The notes below the pieces were generated by a model that was given only the letters and a program-made list of their open reading frames with translations, had not been told where the DNA came from and made no database searches. Shown here in pieces: positions 10,240 through 18,700 of a stretch of DNA of 64,000 nucleotides (positions within the stretch are counted from its first letter, which is position 1; every line of letters begins with the position of its first letter). The position numbers were made by a program, and so were the translations under genes. Origin of the DNA: Acidobacteriaceae bacterium (GTDB lineage: Bacteria; Acidobacteriota; Terriglobia; Terriglobales; Acidobacteriaceae); the NCBI GenBank assembly GCA_035572415.1, contig DATNAU010000198.1, positions 26-64,025 on the forward strand, written 5' to 3'.

Positions 10240-10866
10240 ATGGGAATCAGCAGACAACAGGCGCTTGAGTGCCTGATGAGCGACGACCTGGTTGGCCTGG
10301 GGATGGAGGCCGATGCCGTGCGGCGGCGGTTGCATCCGGAGGGCGTCGCGACGTATGTCGTGGAGAACGAGGCGCAGTACGGACCGGGGTCGGAGAAGAT
10401 TGGTGAGTGGATTGCAGCGCATCGCGCGGCCCACGGGGAGGGAAAGCAGACTACAGCGCGCATGCTCTTCGGTGCGGGTGAGACGCTGGAGCAGCGAGTG
10501 GATTTCCTGGAAGCGGCGCGCTTGTTACAGCAAGAGAGCGGTGGGTTTGCGGCGTTCGTGCCCGTAGCTGCGCGTTTGGCGAATGGGCGGCAGTTGGACT
10601 CGATAACTGCAGTGGAGCGGCTGAAGATGCTCGCCCTGTCGCGGATGTTCCTGGACAACATCGAGAACCTTCAGGCCGATGGCGTGGCGGATGGCATCGA
10701 GGGGCTCAAAGTATTGCAGACTGCGCTGCGGTTCGGGGCGAACGATCTGGGCGCGGTCAATGCGAACGCAGGTCGGAGCGAAGAGGACCTGCGAAGGATC
10801 ATCCGCGATGCGGGCCTGCGTCCGGCGGAGCGCGATGCGGCATACCGGGCGATGATGTTGAGCTAA
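10240..10866 (+). CDS. MqnC/MqnE/CofH-like protein lacking the radical-SAM core
   Basis: 208 aa. The N-terminus (ALECLMSDDLVGLGMEADAVRRRLHPEGVATYVV) and C-terminal half (TTARMLFGAGETLEQRVDFLEAARLLQQESGGFAAFVPVA, LKMLALSRMFLDNIENLQA, LRFGANDLGAV, EEDLRRIIRDAGLRPAERDAAY) resemble futalosine-pathway radical SAM enzymes. There is only one Cys in the whole protein and no CxxxCxxC. Confidence 0.65.
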   Translation: MGISRQQALECLMSDDLVGLGMEADAVRRRLHPEGVATYVVENEAQYGPGSEKIGEWIAAHRAAHGEGKQTTARMLFGAGETLEQRVDFLEAARLLQQESGGFAAFVPVAARLANGRQLDSITAVERLKMLALSRMFLDNIENLQADGVADGIEGLKVLQTALRFGANDLGAVNANAGRSEEDLRRIIRDAGLRPAERDAAYRAMMLS

Positions 10867-11083
10867 ATCTCCCATCGCGTAGAATCGGAAGACGTTGACT
10901 GGTCGACCATCTGGAGCTCAATTCCTGCGCAACTTTGCGGAAAATATGCGCTCGGGCCTGCTGAGCGGACTGCCCATGCTGTCCCTCGGGCGGCTGCATG
11001 CTCCAATGGCGATGTTTCTGGCCAGAGCCGGGTTCTGGCAGAGCACCTATTCGCGCTATCAACGAGCAAGTGTGTTCCAACAC

Positions 11084-12646
11084 ATGTATCGGTGGAACAC
11101 TTTCGATCTGTGCATGCTGGTGCCCTATTTCGTCGTGATGGTGATCCTGGCGTTTTACGGGATTCATCGTTACCAGTTGGTGTGGCTGTACTACCGGAAC
11201 AAGAAAAAGGCAGCCCACTGGAATGAACCGGGCGGCCACTTCGCCCAGGAGAAGCTGCCCTTCGTCACGGTGCAGCTGCCCATTTTCAACGAGCAGTTTG
11301 TGGTGGACCGGTTGATCGATGCAGTATGCCGGCTGGAGTATCCCCGTGACCGGTTCGAGATCCAGCTGCTGGACGACTCGACCGATGAGACTGTGGATGT
11401 GGCGCGCGAGGTCGTCGAACGATACGCGCGCGGATTTGCGGGGCTGGATGGGCAGCCGGTGGTGCATCTGCACCGGACCAACCGGCATGGATACAAAGCC
11501 GGCGCGCTCGATGAAGGGCTGCGCACGGCGAAAGGCGAACTGATCGCGATCTTCGATGCGGACTTTGTGCCGCCGCCGGACTGGTTGCAAAAGGTGATCC
11601 ACCATTTTGCCGAGCCTGGGATCGGCATGGTGCAGACGCGATGGACGCACCTGAACCGCAACTACAACTTCATGACGCAGGTGGAGGCGATCCTTCTCGA
11701 CGGGCATTTTGTGCTGGAGCACGGCGGGCGTTCTCGCGCGGGTGTCTTCTTCAACTTCAACGGCACGGCGGGGATGTGGCGGCGGACTGCGATCGACGAG
11801 GCGGGCGGCTGGCAGCACGACACGCTGACCGAGGACACCGACCTGAGCTATCGCGCGCAACTGAAGGGATGGAAGTTCAAGTACCTGCAGGACGTGGAGT
11901 GTCCGGCGGAATTGCCGATCGAGATGACGGCCTTCAAGACGCAGCAGGCTCGCTGGGCGAAGGGCCTGATCCAGACGGCGATCAAGGTCCTGCCGCGCGT
12001 GTTGAAGAGCGATGCGCCATGGCACACCAAGCTGGAGGCGTGGTATCACCTGACGGCGAACATCAGCTATCCGCTGATGATCGTGCTGAGCGTCCTGCTG
12101 ATGCCGGCGATGATCATCCGCAGTTGGCAGGGCTACCTGCAGATGGCGTTGATTGACCTGCCGCTGTTTGTGGCGAGCACGATGTCCGTATCGACGTTTT
12201 ATCTGGTCAGCCAGAAGGAGCTTTATCCGAAGAGCTGGTACCGGACGTTTCTGTATGTGCCGGTGCTGATGGCGATTGGCGGCGTGGGCCTGACGTTTTC
12301 CAACGCGCTGGCCGTGATTGAGGCGCTGATCGGGAAGAAGTCGGCGTTTGCGCGGACTCCGAAGTACCGCGTCAGCAAGAAGGGCGAGAAGGCCCAGGCG
12401 AAGAAGTACCGCAAGCGGCTGGGTTTTATGCCGTGGCTGGAGATCGCGGTGGGCGCGTACTTTTTATGGACCATCTGGTATGCGATCTCGACGGAAAACT
12501 ACTTTACGGTGCCGTTCCTGGTGCTGTTCGTCTTCGGCTACTGGTGTACTGGCTTCCTCAGCCTGCTGCAGGGACGGTTCGAGCGCGGTGCAAAGCAGAG
12601 CGCGAGTGAGGCCGCGCACGAGAAGCCGTATCCAGTGGGAATCTGA
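11084..12646 (+). CDS. processive family-2 glycosyltransferase (cellulose-synthase-like / CslA-like beta-glycan synthase), multi-pass membrane
   Basis: Motifs LLDDSTDET (D), FDADF (DxD), TEDTDLS (TED) and QQARWAKG (Q-x-x-RW). Transmembrane helices lie on both sides of the catalytic domain and there is no PilZ domain. Start is uncertain: the ATG at 11084 is preferred, the ORF-track start is 10895. Confidence 0.85.
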   Translation: MYRWNTFDLCMLVPYFVVMVILAFYGIHRYQLVWLYYRNKKKAAHWNEPGGHFAQEKLPFVTVQLPIFNEQFVVDRLIDAVCRLEYPRDRFEIQLLDDSTDETVDVAREVVERYARGFAGLDGQPVVHLHRTNRHGYKAGALDEGLRTAKGELIAIFDADFVPPPDWLQKVIHHFAEPGIGMVQTRWTHLNRNYNFMTQVEAILLDGHFVLEHGGRSRAGVFFNFNGTAGMWRRTAIDEAGGWQHDTLTEDTDLSYRAQLKGWKFKYLQDVECPAELPIEMTAFKTQQARWAKGLIQTAIKVLPRVLKSDAPWHTKLEAWYHLTANISYPLMIVLSVLLMPAMIIRSWQGYLQMALIDLPLFVASTMSVSTFYLVSQKELYPKSWYRTFLYVPVLMAIGGVGLTFSNALAVIEALIGKKSAFARTPKYRVSKKGEKAQAKKYRKRLGFMPWLEIAVGAYFLWTIWYAISTENYFTVPFLVLFVFGYWCTGFLSLLQGRFERGAKQSASEAAHEKPYPVGI

Positions 12647-12661
12647 GCGAGGAAGCGGGCG

Positions 12662-13132
12662 ATGCAAGAGTTCGCTGACCAACATCCCGCCCTGTTCTTC
12701 TGTCTGGTGTTCCCCACTATGTGGGTCTTGGTTGGCTTTCTGATCGCTCTCGTCGGCGGCTGGAGCCAATTGGCGGGGAGATACCGGACAGAGCGCGAGT
12801 TCCCGCAACACAAACGGTGGCTGCAGAGTGCACAAATGCGGTTCACGATCGGGTACAACAGCGTCCTCACACTGGCGTCGGACTCAGAAGGACTCTGTAT
12901 GGGTGTAATCACCCCGTTTCGTATGGGGCACCCGCCGCTTTTCATTCCGTGGACGGCGATTCAGGTCGAGGAGCCAAAGCGATACATGTTTTTTATGTCT
13001 CGAATGCTGCGGCTCGGTCCGGATGCTATTCCACTGCGTCTCCGGCAAAGAACGGCCCAGTTTCTGCTGGAGCCGCGCGGAGCAGCAAGCGTTCCCGTCG
13101 CCGGGACGATCAGCTCCTCATTCAGTTCGTAA
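12662..13132 (+). CDS. hypothetical membrane protein
   Basis: 156 aa. N-terminal hydrophobic hairpin (ALFFCLVFPTMWVLVGFLIALVGGW) followed by a soluble domain. Starts 16 nt after the GT2 stop. No family recognised. Confidence 0.5.
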   Translation: MQEFADQHPALFFCLVFPTMWVLVGFLIALVGGWSQLAGRYRTEREFPQHKRWLQSAQMRFTIGYNSVLTLASDSEGLCMGVITPFRMGHPPLFIPWTAIQVEEPKRYMFFMSRMLRLGPDAIPLRLRQRTAQFLLEPRGAASVPVAGTISSSFSS

Positions 13133-13208
13133 AAGCGAACCTCATTTTGCACAGTAATGATGCGGCTGCCGAGCGTTTCTACGCGCAAATCCCGCTTATA
13201 CTGCGGGT

Positions 13209-13502
13209 ATGAGTACCGCAATGGCAGTGAGTGTGGATGAGTTTCAGGCGCTGGAGCAGAAGGTTCTTCGCGCCGTGGAGATCGTAAAGAAGGAGCGCGA
13301 GGCGCGTGCGGCCGCCGAAGCCGAAGCCGCCGGCCTGCGCGAGCAGTTGAAGGCGCAGACAGCTGCAGCCGAAGAGCGGGCGCGGGATTCGCATCGCGAG
13401 CGCGAGGCGGCGGAGAGCCAGATTGCCGCCCTGGCGAAAGAGCGCGAGGCGGTAAAGCAGCGTGTGGAGAAGATGCTGGAGCAAATGGACGAGTTGATGT
13501 AG
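13209..13502 (+). CDS. ZapB-like coiled-coil cell-division protein
   Basis: 97 aa, entirely E/A/R/K-rich coiled coil (FQALEQKVLRAVEIVKKEREARAAAEAEAAGLREQLKAQ...). Sits immediately upstream of zapA. Assignment rests on composition and synteny. Confidence 0.55.
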   Translation: MSTAMAVSVDEFQALEQKVLRAVEIVKKEREARAAAEAEAAGLREQLKAQTAAAEERARDSHREREAAESQIAALAKEREAVKQRVEKMLEQMDELM

Positions 13503-13560
13503 CAGGCAATATCCATCCCATGTCTCTGAAGTTGGAGACGTGAGCCACCAGGAGGTCGGC

Positions 13561-13932
13561 ATGGCGCGCAATGCGGCAAGTGAAGAAGCGACGACGCGGC
13601 AGAGTGCAACCAACGCGCAGGGGGGGGCGACCGCCGTCAGCGTGGACATCTACGACCAGGTCTATCATCTGCGCGGCACCGACCCGAAGCACATCGAGAA
13701 GCTGGCCTCCCTGGTCGACACGAAGATGCGCGCGGTGGCCGCGCACGGCAGCACGGTGGACTCACTGCGCGTCGCGGTACTGGCTTCGTTGAACATTGCC
13801 GACGAGCTGCTGGCCTTGCGTGCGCGTTACGACGCGCTGGCCGGCAACGCCGGTACGGCGGAGACTGCGATGCGATCGCGCGCGGGAACATTGTCCGACA
13901 TGCTCGATGAGGTGCTGGAGCAGTGCGGATAA
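13561..13932 (+). CDS. zapA: cell division protein ZapA
   Basis: VSVDIYDQVYHLRGTDPKHIEKLASLVDTKMRAVAAHGSTVDSLRVAVLASLNIADEL matches the ZapA fold pattern. GGAGG lies 5 nt upstream of the ATG at 13561; the ORF-track GTG at 13540 is less likely. Confidence 0.85.
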   Translation: MARNAASEEATTRQSATNAQGGATAVSVDIYDQVYHLRGTDPKHIEKLASLVDTKMRAVAAHGSTVDSLRVAVLASLNIADELLALRARYDALAGNAGTAETAMRSRAGTLSDMLDEVLEQCG

Positions 13933-14240
13933 CCGCGAGTCTGATCTGCTCCCATATTTGATCCCAGGCGAGGGCGCCGGTGCCGCACGGTGGCGGAGGA
14001 GCATCCTTTCTCGCCAGATTACGTCCGATTGGCCGCCCGAGTGACCGATGCGCGAGAACGAGTGACTTAGGTCGTTACACTTAAGTCGCAGAACCATTGG
14101 ATTGACGCTGTGTGTCTGCCTAAATAGGCTTAAAGCAAGCATTTCGAACGATTTGCGGCGCATTCTTCGGCCCTTCCGCCGGGTTTGTCCGTCCCGTGCC
14201 GAACCAGCACCTGGCAGGCGTTCGAAAAGCAAGTCCTTCC

Positions 14241-15758
14241 ATGAGCCCACGCAACACAGAGACGGATGACAGTACACCCGAGGACGTGGCGGCACTGTAC
14301 GCGTGGGCGAACCTGACCGGGGCACGATACCGGGATTTTTCTGCAGTCAGGCGTGAGCAGCGTGCAAGATTACGGCTTCGCGCGGCGAAGCATTCCCTCG
14401 AACAGGAACTCGAAGCCCACGCGAAGGCGAACGCGGAAGGCGCGAAGGTTGCCGGAGAGCGCGTCGCGGAGGCGCGGCGGTCAGAGGCAGCGGCATTGGC
14501 GGCGCTGCGTGCCATCGAAGAGGAGCGGGAGATCGCTGAGGCGCAGGAGTCCGCACGACGAAAGCAGTTGGCGTTTGAAGAAGCGGAGCAGCGCAGGCGC
14601 GAGCGCACCGGGCCCCAGCCGGGGATGCTAGAAGGCGATCCCGGACTTGCGAAGCTGTCTGCCCCGAGAGCTTCGATCGCGGCTGAGTTTACTCAGCCGG
14701 AAGCGTTGGCGGCCGAAGCAGCGGGCGTCGCGCCCAAAGCCCCTGAGCTATCACCCGTCACGGCGATTCGTCCGGCATGGCTCGAGGCTGCGGCAGATTT
14801 GCCTCTACCGGAAGAGCCGCAGATCGTGGTGCCGCCCATTAGGGCAACGATGCACAGGCCCCGGACAGGCTCAGTGGCCGCAACCTTGCTCGACTCGCGC
14901 GCAGAGGTGGCGTCGCGATGGCCCGTATTGCAGGCCCTAATTGGAGCCGCGGCGGAAAGCTCCGCGGCGAAGGTGCGGATGAGCTGGCCGCGAGGCCCGG
15001 TGGTAGCGATCGTCTCGCCGGCCGGGGGTACCGGGAAAACGAGCCTGGCAGCATCTCTGACGCGTACGCTGGCAATTCAGGGCGAGCGCGTGCTGCTGGT
15101 GGAAGCGGCGGCGGATGGATTGCTGCCGCTCTATTTTGGGATCGATCGGCTTGCACCGGGAAGCATGCGGACGGTGGCTCGGCGAGAGCGAGACGTGGGA
15201 GAGATATCCCTCCTTGCTCTTGATATCGCCGGCGCCCGAGTCGAGAACAGAGCACAGGAGCACGTGATTGAGACGCTGCTTGCGCGAGCGCAGGGTTCTG
15301 ACCGGGTGATTCTCGATCTGCCGCTCGACGCGGCATGGATCGTGGAGCGGCTTGCAATACTCCGTCCCATGGTGCTGGCGGCGATGGCGCCGGACATGAA
15401 CTCCGTCGCCGGCATGCGCGCGATGGAACAGATGTTGGCGGCGATCGCAGATCGCGAAGGCAGGCCGTTGCTGCCGTTCTATGTGCTGAACCGTTTGGAT
15501 GTCGCGCTCCCGCTCCATCTGGATATCCGCGAAGTGCTGCGCCGCGAACTGGGCGAACGTCTGGTCTCCATCGGCGTGCGGCGGTCAGCGGCGGTGAGTG
15601 AGGCCATGGCCCAGGGAATGACGGCCCCGGATTATGCCCCAGATGCACCGATCTCGACCGACTATGCGGATCTGGCGGCATGGCTGCGCAGCGTATCGGC
15701 GGCCTCGGCGGAGAGAATTGCAGAGGCAGCTCGAGGCGGGCGCAGAGGTGAAGGTTGA
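14241..15758 (+). CDS. BcsQ (YhjQ)-like ParA/MinD-family ATPase with about 250-aa N-terminal coiled-coil/Pro-rich extension
   Basis: The C-terminal ~250 aa align by eye with E. coli BcsQ (VVAIVSPAGGTGKTSLAASLTRTLAIQGERVLLVEA, VILDLPLDAA, GVRRSAAVSEAMAQGMTAPDYAPDAPISTDYADLAAWL). Its stop overlaps the start of bcsAB. The N-terminal half is E/A/R-rich coiled coil. Confidence 0.7.
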   Translation: MSPRNTETDDSTPEDVAALYAWANLTGARYRDFSAVRREQRARLRLRAAKHSLEQELEAHAKANAEGAKVAGERVAEARRSEAAALAALRAIEEEREIAEAQESARRKQLAFEEAEQRRRERTGPQPGMLEGDPGLAKLSAPRASIAAEFTQPEALAAEAAGVAPKAPELSPVTAIRPAWLEAAADLPLPEEPQIVVPPIRATMHRPRTGSVAATLLDSRAEVASRWPVLQALIGAAAESSAAKVRMSWPRGPVVAIVSPAGGTGKTSLAASLTRTLAIQGERVLLVEAAADGLLPLYFGIDRLAPGSMRTVARRERDVGEISLLALDIAGARVENRAQEHVIETLLARAQGSDRVILDLPLDAAWIVERLAILRPMVLAAMAPDMNSVAGMRAMEQMLAAIADREGRPLLPFYVLNRLDVALPLHLDIREVLRRELGERLVSIGVRRSAAVSEAMAQGMTAPDYAPDAPISTDYADLAAWLRSVSAASAERIAEAARGGRRGEG

Positions 15759-18700
15759 CGCGCTCCCCTGTTTGGCGCGAGTTTGAATCCGGACGGAACG
15801 CGCCGGTGCGGGCGCTGCGCTGCGCAGTCGTCGCTGGCGGCGGAGCGTTTCTGTGCGTCGCGGTGTTTCTGCCAATGGCATGGCCGTCGCAAGCTGCGCT
15901 CGGGGTGGCCGTGCTGCTGGTCGCGCTGTGGGCACATCGCAGCTCAGGATCGCGACTGGCAACGCTGGCAGTCATGCTGCTTTCCGTATTCTCAACGGCG
16001 CGATATGCCGTGTGGCGCATGTTTTCTGTCACCGCGTTCTTTCGCGATCCGGGAACGCACGCTGCGCCGGTGGATGTCTTCTGCACGCTGGCGCTGCTCG
16101 GGGCGGAGTTCTACGCATTCGTGGTGCTGCTGCTGGGATACATGCAGACGGCGTGGCCGCTGGAGCGCCCGCCCGCTCCGCTGCCTGACGATCCCGACGA
16201 ATGGCCTGCGGTGGATGTGCTGATCCCCACGCTGGATGAGCCCCTTGAACTGGTCCGATACACGGCGCTGGCTGCCCTCGGGATGGACTGGCCGGTTGAG
16301 AAGCTGAAGGTATTGCTGCTGGATGATGGGAATCGCGAGGAATTTCGCGCATTCGCTGAGTCCGCAGGCATCGGCTATCTGTCGCGTGAGGACCATCAGG
16401 GCGCCAAAGCTGGCAATATCAATCATGCGCTCCGGGAAACAAGCGCGCCGTTGGTTACGGTGTTCGACTGCGACCATGCGCCGACGCGCAGCTTCCTGCA
16501 GATGGCAGTCGGATGGTTCCTCCGCGATCCAAAGCTGGCGCTCGTGCAGACGCCGCACCGGTTTTACTCAGAGAGCCCGTTTGAACGGAACCTGGGCGGT
16601 CTTCGCGCCGTGCCTGGCGAGGAACAGCTATTTCACGGCGCGATTCAGGACGGCAACGATCTCTGGAACGCGGCGAGCTTCTCTGGCTCGTGCGCCGTGC
16701 TGCGGCGCAGCGCGCTCGATGAAGTGGGCGGCCTGGCGACGGAGACCGTTACCGAAGATGTGCACACGTCGTTGCGGCTGCAGAAGCGGGGCTGGAATAC
16801 GGCCTACATCAACATTCCGCAGGCGGCGGGCCTGGCGACGGAACGGCTGAGCGATCATGTACGGCAGCGTGCGCGCTGGGCGCGCGGGATGATGCAGGCG
16901 TTGCGGCTGGAGAATCCGTTGGTAGGCGGCGCTCTGCGGTGGCAGCAACGCCTCTGCTACCTGAATGAGGCTGCCTACTTCCTCAGCGCTTTGCCGCGAC
17001 TGATCTTTCTGATGGCTCCCGCGGTGTATCTGATCTTTGGCAGGACGGCGCTGCCTGGGTTGTGGGCCGCGATCGTCGCCTATGTGACGCCGCATCTGCT
17101 GCTGGCGAGCCTGACGCATACGCGTGTCTATGGACGGCAGCGCCACACCTTCTGGAACGAAATTTACGAGACCGTGATGGCGCCTTACATCCTGCTGCCC
17201 ACGTTGATTGCATTAATCAATCCGCGGAAGGCCCAGTTTCGTGTGACGGCGAAAGGCGGCGTGCTGGAACGCGAGTTTTACGACTGGCGGACCGCGTGGC
17301 CGTATCTCGCCCTTCTCGCCTGGAATTGTGCGGCACTGGTCTGCGCTGTTGTGCGGCTGGCTCCGGCGCGGCTCGCCGCAGTTGTGGGATTCAAATGGAT
17401 CGGCGCCATTGCAGCGTTGATGCCCTCGGTGCAGGCGGGGGGCAGTGTGGGCGCGGTGTGGATCAATGTGGCGTGGGCGTTGTTCAACCTGACGGTGCTT
17501 GGTGTGGCCGCGGGCGCGGCGCGGGAAAGCGCCCAGCGAAGGCGCAGTGTCCGCGTAGCGGTGGCCGTTCCCGCCGATGTGGTTCTCGCCGGGGGAGCCA
17601 TGATGCAGGGAGTTACCTGCGACATTTCCTCCGGAGGCCTGCGTGCCCGCGTTGCAGAGGCGCAGGCCAGGGAAGGCGATGCGATCGAAGTGATCCTGCC
17701 GCTGCTGGATGGAGCCGTGACGCTGCCGGCCACGGTGGTTTCTTATGAAGGCGGAGAACTGCGCGCGCGCTTCCGGACGCTGGGCTTGAAAGAGGCGGAT
17801 GCGCTGACGACCCTGCTCTACTCCCGGGCGGACGCGTGGCTTGGATGGGGTGAAGCGGAGGAGGCGGATTCGCCGCTGCGGGGAATCGGGCGCTTGCTGC
17901 GGCTTGCCACCGGCGCAGTCCTGCATATGGTTGGCCGCGGACGCCGGAAAGAACCGGCGGCTTTGCTGACCAACATCGCACCGCTGCTGGCTGTGCTGCT
18001 GCTGGTTGGTTCGGGCGGGAATGCGCGCGCAGCGCAGGCTGGGATGAATGCCGGTGTAGCACCCACTCCGCCCAGACAGACAGGTGCCGCAGCCAAGGCT
18101 CCGCACCCCAAGGTCGCGCCCGCGGTGAACGACCTCGCCTTGTTGCCGCGGCCCTTCTTCGATTCGAGCGCAAGGGAACACCAGCCCGTCCAGTTTTTCT
18201 TTTTGTCCGCGCCATCGAGAAAGGCGATCCAGGCTGCGGCCATCGTCGCGTCCTGGTTGGGGGTGGAGAGTGGCGAAAGCGGCCTTCGGTTCGTTGTTTC
18301 GATCGGCACGATTCCGGCCGGCCATGGGATAGTTTTTGTGGAGGACGCGGCCGGAATTCCGCCTGCGATGCAGGCGGCCCGAATCTCCGGGCCGATGGTT
18401 GCGCTGCGGGCCAATCCGAGCGACTCCGCATCGAGCACGCTGTTGATTGCGGGTAACGATGCCGACCAACTGCTGGCGGCGGCGAGCGCACTCGCGCTTG
18501 GCGCAGGAACGTGGCAGGGCTCGCAGCAATGGATCACCGGCTTCGCGCGTCCTGCGCCGCGCACGCCGGATGACGCTCCGCGGTGGCTGGGCACGGACCG
18601 TATGGCCACGTTTGCGCAGGCTCGGATCGAAAACCCCGGCGGCGAGCTGCAGGGAGATGGCTCGCAGCCGCTGACAGCAACACTGCGGCTGCCGCCGGAC

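Noticed and set aside
9384-10661. 425-aa ORF antisense to the AAA+ ATPase and MqnE-like genes
   Set aside because: Arg/Pro/Ala/Ser-rich low-complexity translation with no motifs. It fully overlaps two well-supported genes. This is a typical shadow ORF of high-GC DNA.
10867-11083. c-di-GMP or other riboswitch upstream of the GT2 synthase, and likewise upstream of the bcs genes and the CADD-like gene
   Set aside because: I could recognise no GEMM-, ZTP- or THF-like conserved cores by eye. Only local direct repeats (TCTGGC.AGAG) were seen. Not called without a covariance-model search.
10799-12049. 416-aa ORF antisense to the GT2 glycan synthase
   Set aside because: Same reasoning: His/Arg/Pro/Gln-rich, no recognisable domain, and the opposite strand carries a complete GT2 motif set.
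13620-13627. G8 homopolymer inside the N-terminal region of zapA
   Set aside because: It encodes QGGA in a poorly conserved N-terminal extension of an essential-type division gene. There is no evidence of length variation. Noted only as a potential sequencing-error hot spot.
14839-16086. 415-aa minus-strand ORF across the bcsQ-like / bcsAB junction, with similar long ORFs at 17213-18847 and 19917-21410
   Set aside because: Extremely Arg/Pro/Ser/Ala-rich. All overlap strongly supported plus-strand genes. High-GC shadow frames.
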